From a virus (lineage: Duplodnaviria > Caudoviricetes), in IMG/VR virus record IMGVR_UViG_3300013105_000003, positions 32,001 to 96,000 of that record: a stretch of 64,000 bases of DNA, one strand, 5' to 3'. Within the stretch, counting starts at the first letter, position 1. Each line of letters opens with the position of its first letter. The position numbers and the translations under genes are program-made. This document shows, piece after piece, positions 11,122 through 19,403 of this stretch. The notes beneath the pieces are model-generated. The model was not told where the DNA came from. It was given only the letters and a program-made list of their open reading frames with translations, and made no database searches.

Positions 11122-11636
11122 TTACTTCAACTATAGTAAGTGTGGCAATACTTACTTCAACTTCCGCACCAAATGTAGAAAGCTTAGCACAAGGAGATAA
11201 CAAGTGGACTCTTCTTGGCATTGTTATTACTTCCCTAGTAGCTCCTGCAGTTATTCTTCTTATTAATAGCAGAGCACTTAGACCACCTAGCAAGCCCGAC
11301 GAGGAACCTAATATAGTTTCTACTGACAGAGGAACTTCTTTTTCTATAGAAGGAATGTCAACCAACATGGTAGAGGTACTTCTCTCCATGTGGAAGAAAC
11401 TAGATGAGATGGAAGACAATCAGGAATCTTGGTCTGCAGAACGGCAAGAGTTTATTCGTATCAATGAGGAACTTCGCAGACACAATAGAGCACTCGCTGA
11501 GGGTTTTGATGAGGTTATTGACTGGATTGATCGTGGTGCTAAGCCACCACCACCTTCTGTGGCACAGCACGTAAGGGATCTAGTACAAAGAGCTATAGAA
11601 AATGGCACCTTTGACGGGTTAAACTCAGACCATTAA
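11118..11636 (+). CDS. Membrane-anchored coiled-coil protein (lysis-cassette type)
   Basis: N-terminal TM, coiled coil, PPPP near C-terminus; overlaps previous stop. Confidence 0.55.
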   Translation: MITSTIVSVAILTSTSAPNVESLAQGDNKWTLLGIVITSLVAPAVILLINSRALRPPSKPDEEPNIVSTDRGTSFSIEGMSTNMVEVLLSMWKKLDEMEDNQESWSAERQEFIRINEELRRHNRALAEGFDEVIDWIDRGAKPPPPSVAQHVRDLVQRAIENGTFDGLNSDH

Positions 11637-11876
11637 TATGCTATACTATATAGGTAGCCACTTAACCTGAGTTTGCAGCAAGTCCTCAACTCTGGTATAC
11701 TGAGAGAAGATAGCACTGAATCATTCACTTGACCATGAGAGTCTCGATAGAGACAGTATAGACCAGATGTATAAAGAAGCACGACTAGATGCTCTTAATG
11801 ATCCTGGTTATATGCTTGATATGATTGATGCTATGCAGAGACAGAGAGCATATAAGCGAGTCGTAGAAGAGGACTA

Positions 11877-13478
11877 ATGAGCGAACCCCTCCAAGTAAAT
11901 ACGAGGATGAAGCTAGCGGGAAAGATTAAGGGCCTACCTAATATAGAACTACCAACACTTGATGCATGGAATTATGGTCCTTGTGAGCACCATAGTATCT
12001 CTAAGCCAGACTGTGAATACCGAGCATGTGGTGGGGACTTGTTCTCTCACCAGAAGGTTGCTGTCTCTTGGCTATATCTAGTCAAGAATGGAATGGTAGC
12101 AGATGCTCCAGGAGTTGGCAAGTCTAACGAGGCTATGGCTCTACTAGCTTTACTTAAGCAAAAGGGTGAACTTAACAAGCGAGCTATTGTCATTACTAAT
12201 ACTCCAGTAGTGCCTCAGTGGCTTGCAGAGTTTCGTAGATTCGCACCTGGTCTAAAGGTTCAAGCTATCCTACCAAAGACTTCTAAAGCCAAGAGACTTG
12301 CACAGTACACTGACCCAGAGCCTTGGGACGTACTAGTAGTAGGGTTCCATTCAGCACTAAAGGATGCAGACCTCCTAGAGAAGATCGAGGCAGGCGTTCT
12401 TATTACTGATGATGTTGACGCTCTACTGACACACGCTGCTAAGGTTCATAAGCTGATTGTAAAGCTATCTAACATTGCTGAGCGTACTGTAGTGATGAAT
12501 GCTACAGTTTATAGAACCAATGCCTTAGAACTACATGCAGCCATGCAACCAATTGGTGGAACTTACTTATTTGGTCCAAAGCAATTCTTTGAAGATAGGT
12601 ATATCATCAAAGAGTGGGAGAGGGATGCTCAGACAGGTCTTAACAGGTCTAAAGTAGTAGGACTCAAGAACGGAGTTGAGTTACGCGAGAAGATTAGTCC
12701 TTGGATTATTCGTCGCAACTACTCTGATATTTCAGACATTCGTATGCCTTCAATTGCTCCTCCAACGGAGATTTGGCTAGATATGCATAAGGCACAGAGA
12801 GATAAGTATACTGAGCTGCAGCAGGGAATTCTACGCAGACGTAAAGCAGGAGAAGAAGAAGAGCTAAAGGAAGTAGCCGCAATTGCCGCCTATACTTACG
12901 GAGGTTCTATCTGTTCTGGACTTCCAGGTCTCGGAGAGCCTGATGGACCACAAGCATCATCAAAGCTTGATTGGTTTATGAAAACTATTCAAGATGAGTG
13001 GGCTGACGAGAAGGTAGTTGTATTTGTTAAGAACATTGGCCTAGTTCAAGCTCTTCACGCACGACTTGACAACGTTGGGGTCAAGTATGCTACAGTGTGG
13101 GGAAAAAACAAAGACTCACTTGAGCGAGCGAGGGAAGTTAGTAAGTTCTGGGAAGATCCAGAGTGTCGTGTTATTGTAGGTACCTCTGCTATGATTAGAT
13201 CAATTAACTTGCAGATCGCTAGAATTGCTTGCTTTATTGACACTCCAGGGCTAACTCCAGCTAACGTAACTCAGGCTCTTGGGCGAATTAGACGTGCAGG
13301 TAGCAAGCATGATAGAATCTTTCCGTTCATGCTACTCATTCAAGACTCACAAGAGTCCCGCTACTTGGAGGTACTACAGCATCGTGAAGCTATTAGCAAC
13401 TTCATTTGGGACGACGAGACTAACGCAGTCTTTGAGAAGCTGTCTGCTAAAGAACTCATGCACCTGATCGTGCCATGA
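11877..13478 (+). CDS. SNF2-like superfamily 2 helicase
   Basis: Walker A ADAPGVGKS, QWLAEF, motif VI QALGRIRRAG; Walker B degenerate (DDVD). Confidence 0.85.
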   Translation: MSEPLQVNTRMKLAGKIKGLPNIELPTLDAWNYGPCEHHSISKPDCEYRACGGDLFSHQKVAVSWLYLVKNGMVADAPGVGKSNEAMALLALLKQKGELNKRAIVITNTPVVPQWLAEFRRFAPGLKVQAILPKTSKAKRLAQYTDPEPWDVLVVGFHSALKDADLLEKIEAGVLITDDVDALLTHAAKVHKLIVKLSNIAERTVVMNATVYRTNALELHAAMQPIGGTYLFGPKQFFEDRYIIKEWERDAQTGLNRSKVVGLKNGVELREKISPWIIRRNYSDISDIRMPSIAPPTEIWLDMHKAQRDKYTELQQGILRRRKAGEEEELKEVAAIAAYTYGGSICSGLPGLGEPDGPQASSKLDWFMKTIQDEWADEKVVVFVKNIGLVQALHARLDNVGVKYATVWGKNKDSLERAREVSKFWEDPECRVIVGTSAMIRSINLQIARIACFIDTPGLTPANVTQALGRIRRAGSKHDRIFPFMLLIQDSQESRYLEVLQHREAISNFIWDDETNAVFEKLSAKELMHLIVP

Positions 13479-13978
13479 GTATTCTATTGCGAACTGTTCA
13501 TGGATCACATTTATACAACTTAAACCATGATAACTCAGACACAGATTACTATGAGGTTTACTCTGGAAAGGGTAGAGCCAAACAGACTATAGTAGGAGAT
13601 ATTGATACACTACGTATAAGCTATGACTCTTTCATGTTCCAGTGTCGTAAAGGTGTGCCTCAGGCACTAGAGGCTTTGTACTCACCTGTTAAAGAGATAG
13701 ATGAAATACCTTTTATCACAGATTCATTTAATCCTATAAGTACAGAAGTTTATAAGACTTATGTACGGACTATTAGGAATTTCTGGAAAGAGGGTAGCCT
13801 GAAGAGAAAACGTCATGCTGTCAGGCTTTGTATCAATCTATCATGTATAATGAGGTATGGAAGGTTTAACCCCTCTCTAACTCAGATAGAGAAAATATTC
13901 GTAGTAGCCTATGGAGACGTGGACGAAGAGGAATGTCCAGCTCTTAACATGTTAGGATTCCCACTTTATATATGGTAG
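13475..13978 (+). CDS. Pol-beta superfamily nucleotidyltransferase
   Basis: HGSHLYNLNHDNSDTDY signature (GS...DxD). Confidence 0.8.
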   Translation: MSILLRTVHGSHLYNLNHDNSDTDYYEVYSGKGRAKQTIVGDIDTLRISYDSFMFQCRKGVPQALEALYSPVKEIDEIPFITDSFNPISTEVYKTYVRTIRNFWKEGSLKRKRHAVRLCINLSCIMRYGRFNPSLTQIEKIFVVAYGDVDEEECPALNMLGFPLYIW

Positions 13979-14748
13979 ATAAAAAGAAGCCAAAAGTATC
14001 TATTGCTCCTAACGAAGATGAGAGGTGGAGTTTAGCCAAGGCAGGTAATACTGAGGCGCAAAACTCACTTGTTATAGAGCATGAGCCACTAGTGTATCAA
14101 GTTGTAGGAACAATGATCTTCAAGTTCCCTGACCACATTGAGGCTGATGACTTACACTCTTACGGCATGTTAGGGCTGTGGAAGGCTGTGAAGACCTATG
14201 ACCCTTCCAAGGCATCCTTCCGCACCCATGCAGCTTTTAGGATTAGGAATGCGATCTATGATGAGTTGCGCATCCAGGACTGGGCACCTGTAACAGTTCG
14301 TCAGAAGGCCAAGGAACTAAATAAGCTAAGAGAAGAATTCGTTAAAACTAACCGAAGACCTCCTACAGACGAAGAGCTAGGGGAGCTAGTAGGTAAGGAC
14401 GAAGACTGGGTACGCACTTTCAAACAACAGCTTGAAGCAACAGAGCACCGCCCGATGGAAGAACTAGAGAACACGTATGGTAGTATAGAAGCAGTACCAG
14501 ATTTCTCTACCTCTAAGAATGTATCAGAGTCCGGTGCTATGGCTTTAATCCTGCAGCAGTCCTTTGTGAGTTGGTTAGATGAACTACCCAACTCTCTCAA
14601 GTGTTTGTGGATAGTGATATACTACTGTGGTAAGTCTAAAAAAGAAGCAATGGTTATACTAGGCTTACGAACATACGAAATATCAGAACAGAATAAAAGA
14701 CTCATCAATGAGTTCAGGAAATTTTACGAGCATTTACAGTTAAACTAA
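13972..14748 (+). CDS. RNA polymerase sigma factor, FliA/WhiG-like
   Basis: DDLHSYGMLGLWKAVKTYDP, F..HA..RIRNAIYDELRIQDWAP..VRQKAK and region 3 RPPTDEEL. Confidence 0.88.
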   Translation: MVDKKKPKVSIAPNEDERWSLAKAGNTEAQNSLVIEHEPLVYQVVGTMIFKFPDHIEADDLHSYGMLGLWKAVKTYDPSKASFRTHAAFRIRNAIYDELRIQDWAPVTVRQKAKELNKLREEFVKTNRRPPTDEELGELVGKDEDWVRTFKQQLEATEHRPMEELENTYGSIEAVPDFSTSKNVSESGAMALILQQSFVSWLDELPNSLKCLWIVIYYCGKSKKEAMVILGLRTYEISEQNKRLINEFRKFYEHLQLN

Positions 14749-14761
14749 GAGAGGCTTTACA

Positions 14762-16183
14762 TTGGATTACTCTGCCGTTGTCTTAGCAGGAATCATACCA
14801 AATAGCCTTGAAAGTTTCATTCATGCTAGAAACAGACTTAGCCCTGAGAACTTCAAAGATGACCCTTACAATGGTTATTTGTGGAGACTACTAACCTCAG
14901 TAGTTGACAAGTACAACCAATTACCCTCTCCTGAGGTAGTGAGAGACTCTGTAGAGCAGAGTATGGATTCAGCTTCCGCTGCTCTTACCTTGCAGAAGTA
15001 TGTTGAGTACGCTAAGACTGCTGTATCCTCCGGTGATTTTAAGTACGCGGTAGACCAGCTACTTGATGAGGAGACTACTCGTAGGACTGGTGAGGCTCTA
15101 GCTATTGCCTATCAAATCTTTGATACTGGGTTTGAGAAAGATGGAGTATCTCACCAAGGGCATGAGGCTGTACGAGAGTTTCTTCTAACAGAAATCTCTT
15201 CTATTGATAAGACATATTCCTATGCTGATATGGATGAGGGTTCCATCTCAAGCAGCGTCAATGATATTCTCAAGGAATACCAGCACACTAAAGAGTCTGG
15301 TGACTTGTCGTATATCCCTAGTGGTATAAAGTGTATTGACGATGCTATTGGTGGTGTCTCCGTAGGAGACTTAGGTCTTATTGGAGCCTACACTTCAATG
15401 GGTAAGAGTCAGCTGTCAGTACATTGGGCCTACCAAGCTGCCATGCAAGGAAAGAATACTTATTACGCAACTACTGAGACAACACGCGGACAGATCATTA
15501 ACCGTATGCTGGCTAGGCACTCAAGGAACCCTAAGTTTGGTCTGCCAGACGGCTTGGACCATAAGAAAATTCGTCTAGGCCAGTTGAGCGAAGAGCAGGA
15601 AAAAGCTTTCTATATGGTCCTGAAGGATTTCAGAGACAACAAAGACTACGGGAAACTATTCATTGCTCAGCTAGCAGGTAACACTACAGTACAGTCACTA
15701 GAGCAGCAAATGATGAAAGAGCAAAGAGAATGGAACATTGACCTATGTGTAGTTGACTATCTCAACCTCCTGAAGCCTACTCGAAAGCGTAACAGTGCCG
15801 TAGAAGAAGGTAATGATAAGCTATCAGAGGCTAAGGTACTAGCTACTTCCTTCAACGGTCATGGAATTGCTATCATTAGTCCTTGGCAGATGAACCGAGA
15901 AGGTTATGACGAAGCTCTCATCTCTCAAGAGTTCCGTATTGATAGACTAGCTCAGACTTCAGAAGCTGAGAAGTCAGCTGACTGGATTATCTCACTTTAT
16001 CAGGACCAGGAACGTAAGAACGAAGTATATCTTAAACTACTAAAGACTCGTGACTCAGCTTTCGGACCAAAGGAGAAGGTATCTGTGGACTACCGTAATG
16101 CTTTCTTTAGCAGTGGTCAGGCTACTGGAATGAATCTAGGATTCTCTAAGGGTGGTTTTGACGGACTAGGGATTTCACTATGA
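14762..16183 (+). CDS. DnaB-like replicative helicase
   Basis: Walker A GAYTSMGKS, VVDYLNLL, QMNRE, EKSADWII, KTRD. Confidence 0.9.
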   Translation: MDYSAVVLAGIIPNSLESFIHARNRLSPENFKDDPYNGYLWRLLTSVVDKYNQLPSPEVVRDSVEQSMDSASAALTLQKYVEYAKTAVSSGDFKYAVDQLLDEETTRRTGEALAIAYQIFDTGFEKDGVSHQGHEAVREFLLTEISSIDKTYSYADMDEGSISSSVNDILKEYQHTKESGDLSYIPSGIKCIDDAIGGVSVGDLGLIGAYTSMGKSQLSVHWAYQAAMQGKNTYYATTETTRGQIINRMLARHSRNPKFGLPDGLDHKKIRLGQLSEEQEKAFYMVLKDFRDNKDYGKLFIAQLAGNTTVQSLEQQMMKEQREWNIDLCVVDYLNLLKPTRKRNSAVEEGNDKLSEAKVLATSFNGHGIAIISPWQMNREGYDEALISQEFRIDRLAQTSEAEKSADWIISLYQDQERKNEVYLKLLKTRDSAFGPKEKVSVDYRNAFFSSGQATGMNLGFSKGGFDGLGISL

Positions 16184-16815
16184 GTGATAATCCTCTAGCA
16201 AAGTATCTTCCTAAAGAAGATGCCTCTAGAAGTAGTGCTCTGGACCTCATAGAGAGAGCTAATGCGCAGTTTTCATGTGTGGATATTCTCAATAGAGAGT
16301 ATGGCTATGAGATACCAAAGGGAGGCTCTGGATCGACAAAGCAACACTGCCTGTGGGGGTGGGAGCACAAAGACGGTGGTGTAGAGAAGTGTATGCGCTA
16401 CTACTGGGAAAGTGACACAGCTTACTGTTTCCGAGACCACGGAGTAATTGATGTGGTGTCTATTAGAGCTACCCAAAAAGGTCTGTCTAAGCTACGAACA
16501 GCCAAGCTGCTTCTCACAGAAGCAGGTATTTTTAATAATGATCCTTGGAATGTTAGAGTAGAGAAAGCACAGGAACATCTAAAGAATCCTACGAAGCATA
16601 CTATGGATATGAGACTTGCCGAGAGTATGTATACCTCCAGGTTGAAATCCATTGAGGGTTATGGTACTCTACAGTATAGGTCTGAGGTAGTGAATCTAAA
16701 GAACTCCATGATGGAGGAACTAGATCCTTCTTGGAACTCTGAGAAGTTACTAGAGTGGATAGAGAAGTCGAGAACTAAGATGGAAGTTGCAATAGAGTGG
16801 CTAAGAAAGACCTAG
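16180..16815 (+). CDS. Primase-type zinc-binding-domain protein (no TOPRIM domain)
   Basis: C..H.D...Y.CF..HG..D pattern resembling CHC2 finger; adjacent to DnaB. Confidence 0.55.
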   Translation: MSDNPLAKYLPKEDASRSSALDLIERANAQFSCVDILNREYGYEIPKGGSGSTKQHCLWGWEHKDGGVEKCMRYYWESDTAYCFRDHGVIDVVSIRATQKGLSKLRTAKLLLTEAGIFNNDPWNVRVEKAQEHLKNPTKHTMDMRLAESMYTSRLKSIEGYGTLQYRSEVVNLKNSMMEELDPSWNSEKLLEWIEKSRTKMEVAIEWLRKT

Positions 16816-17018
16816 ATAATTTCTGTAATGGAAAGATAACACAGCCTCACCTCCCTAAGATCACCAAGGGTGGAAGATTCCTTGGTGATAACTCACTGTG
16901 TAGGTGGGTTGGGAAAGTTTATGTTTGCACTCATTACATCTCTTGTGGTGAGTGTGGACGTGTACTTAAGTATGAGTGGCAGATGAAGAAAGAAGATTGT
17001 CCAGACTTCCATGAGTGA
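16797..17018 (+). CDS. Small Cys-rich hypothetical protein
   Basis: Tiles between neighbours; CxxC. Confidence 0.5.
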   Translation: MAKKDLDNFCNGKITQPHLPKITKGGRFLGDNSLCRWVGKVYVCTHYISCGECGRVLKYEWQMKKEDCPDFHE

Positions 17019-17829
17019 TCTACTTGGTTACGAAGGCATCGACCGTTTGTATGAGTTTACAGATGGTCTAGCTCCTATTCTCCTACTAGGGCCTGCTGGC
17101 CTAGGTAAGAGTAGGTGGTGCCAGACTAGAGCAGAAGAGTTTGCTGGCAAGTCGATGACCAAAGTATTGACCTTTCCTAGAGTCGCAGACTTAGATGAAT
17201 ATGCTGAAATTTATGCTGGTCAGTTTAAGAACTCGTGGTCTCTAGACCTAACCCAGATTTTCTCAGGTAAGGCAACTAATCTTTTAGTAGTTCCAGCACT
17301 TGCTTCATTCCTAAGAAAAGCATCTAATCCATTTACGAGAGTTTTTCTACACTCTGATAATCCTGTTTCTCCTGAGATACGAAACCTTGTAACTGAAGTC
17401 AGTGTACCCTTGTTGTCTGATTCTGCCATGAGACAGCTCTGCAAAGAAAGAGGATTTGAGTATGATGAGACAGAGTTTGCTGTAGACTTTGCTCAGGGAA
17501 TACCTGGGGATATCTCCACTGCCTTCTCCGTGCTCAAGCGCCGAACGATGGTATTTGAGTTTCGTGAGTTGCTTATGGAAGACAAGATTGGTAAGATGGA
17601 AGACGAGATTAAGAAGTCTGTCAAGTCTTCTGATATCATGTACTTACATAATATTCTCAACTCCTTTGATACTGGGAAGTGGACTCTCTTTAAGGAACAC
17701 GAGGTAGCTTTTCTTAAGAGGGTACAGGAATTGATGCGGAACGTTCTGAGTTACACAAACTCTAACGCAGAGATTTCCTTTGTCACAGTATTTCATGCAG
17801 CTGCACACGCTTATCACGGAAGGGTATAA
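17011..17829 (+). CDS. Clamp-loader delta-prime-like AAA+ protein
   Basis: LLLGPAGLGKS Walker A; lid region FAQGIPG; size matches HolB-like proteins. Confidence 0.55.
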   Translation: MSDLLGYEGIDRLYEFTDGLAPILLLGPAGLGKSRWCQTRAEEFAGKSMTKVLTFPRVADLDEYAEIYAGQFKNSWSLDLTQIFSGKATNLLVVPALASFLRKASNPFTRVFLHSDNPVSPEIRNLVTEVSVPLLSDSAMRQLCKERGFEYDETEFAVDFAQGIPGDISTAFSVLKRRTMVFEFRELLMEDKIGKMEDEIKKSVKSSDIMYLHNILNSFDTGKWTLFKEHEVAFLKRVQELMRNVLSYTNSNAEISFVTVFHAAAHAYHGRV

Positions 17830-18794
17830 TGGCTAGAGTACATATGCACGACTTTAACAAGTTGCGTTATAGTGGTGCAAAGAATGCTCGTGCCATTGCT
17901 GTACTTGGTGACTTAGGTGTAGCACGCTGTGAGTCTGTAGAAGCCATTCTAAGAGGCTACAAAGAGAAGAACCTCCCCGTACACCACTCTTACGCTGAGA
18001 ACTCTGCACAGCTGTTCCTAGACCTCTCACAGCGTAACATGTATGGATCTGAGTCTGTGTATGTAGCAGAGAATGCAGCAGAGTGGCTGAGTGAAAGTGA
18101 TGTTCCCAAACTACACCGCCTACTGGCTAAGGTTGCTGGGCAGACTAACCTTATCGTCACTGGAAGTAAATTTACTAACCTTGAGGTTGCAGAGCAGTTC
18201 AAACGATCTATGTCTGCTACATATAATATAAACTTCTCCTCGACGGATGCTGGACAGAAACATGTCCAGACATTAGTAGAGCGAGAATTTGACCTCAGCG
18301 AAAAGCAAGCTATACTTCTGTCAGATAAGTTACAGTACAATGTGGATAGTATACTTCAGCTGTCAACTAAGGCCAAAGCCTTTGATAACTTAACATACCC
18401 AGAGCTAGACGATTTAGCAGAGGCTTCCAAAGACATTGCCTTTGCTGAGGCACTGATTAGGCTACGTCTGGCAGATGCTATGTCACTAACAGAGAATATG
18501 ACAAGGAACAATGCAGAAATGACCCTGCTAACTGTTCTACGACATTTCCGACACATTACCACAATCTATCCAGTTACTCGTCAAGTGAAGATGCCAGGAG
18601 TAGCACAGTCCAAACAGGTACGTCTTCCTTTGAAGACTATCCAAAGATGGTGGACTATTGCAGGCAGATATCCCCCGAGAGAACAAATTCGTCGTCACTT
18701 GCTTTTGGTCGAAACGTCTGATAGGATATACCGAGAGCCGAACCGCGCCAAGAATACTTTTGGTGCTTTTGAACGTCTAGTCTTATCATGGTAA
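17829..18794 (+). CDS. Clamp-loader delta (HolA)-like protein
   Basis: Degenerate AAA+ layout, LSQRNMYG at the clamp-binding position, C-terminal FERLVL; paired with the previous gene. Confidence 0.5.
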   Translation: MARVHMHDFNKLRYSGAKNARAIAVLGDLGVARCESVEAILRGYKEKNLPVHHSYAENSAQLFLDLSQRNMYGSESVYVAENAAEWLSESDVPKLHRLLAKVAGQTNLIVTGSKFTNLEVAEQFKRSMSATYNINFSSTDAGQKHVQTLVEREFDLSEKQAILLSDKLQYNVDSILQLSTKAKAFDNLTYPELDDLAEASKDIAFAEALIRLRLADAMSLTENMTRNNAEMTLLTVLRHFRHITTIYPVTRQVKMPGVAQSKQVRLPLKTIQRWWTIAGRYPPREQIRRHLLLVETSDRIYREPNRAKNTFGAFERLVLSW

Positions 18795-18803
18795 AGGAAA
18801 ACT

Positions 18804-19403
18804 ATGAAGGTATTAAACTTTTCACAAGAAGCTATCTTAGATAGTGAACTAAAGCCAATCAGTGGTTATAGAAACCATAAGAGCAATCTAGGTTTTGTGT
18901 ACCAGTGGTACCAGAATCCAGAGGCTGTCCCTCGTATTTCTGCTAAGGCACGAGAACTTATGTCAAGGAATTTCCTTGGAAAGTTCAAGAGCTTAAGAAC
19001 ATATCAAGTAGGATCTGGTTGGTACTGTACTGAGGTTGCAGCACCTCTGGGTAAGCCTAGTGGAGCTATATTCTATATGTCTATAGACGACAGCAACACT
19101 GCGGTAGTTGAAGCATACGTGCGTAACCTAAGAAACTCCAGTCCATTATCTGTGCTGACTTCTTTTGCTTTTAATATGACACCGCAGGTGAGTGTAGTAC
19201 CTAACGTTGATGGAACTACTCAAATCTATTCTATTCTTTCAGCAGAGCGCGGGATCTTTCTTGACATATCTAGTGAGATAACTCCTGATGGTATTATGGT
19301 AGACTGGAGGAACGGACTCTACAGTACACCTGAGGTATCTGCTCCTGAGAGCACTGTAATTGGACGAACCTCACTAACATTGGCAGGTTTTAGAGAAGAA
19401 TGA
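18804..19403 (+). CDS. Hypothetical protein
   Basis: RBS AAAGGA; overlaps the polymerase start. Confidence 0.6.
   Translation: MKVLNFSQEAILDSELKPISGYRNHKSNLGFVYQWYQNPEAVPRISAKARELMSRNFLGKFKSLRTYQVGSGWYCTEVAAPLGKPSGAIFYMSIDDSNTAVVEAYVRNLRNSSPLSVLTSFAFNMTPQVSVVPNVDGTTQIYSILSAERGIFLDISSEITPDGIMVDWRNGLYSTPEVSAPESTVIGRTSLTLAGFREE

Noticed and set aside
11710-11877. 55-codon frame possibly starting at ATA behind a TTGCAG-17-TATACT promoter
   Set aside because: An internal ATG (11767) is a simpler start, and a non-canonical start cannot be supported from sequence alone.
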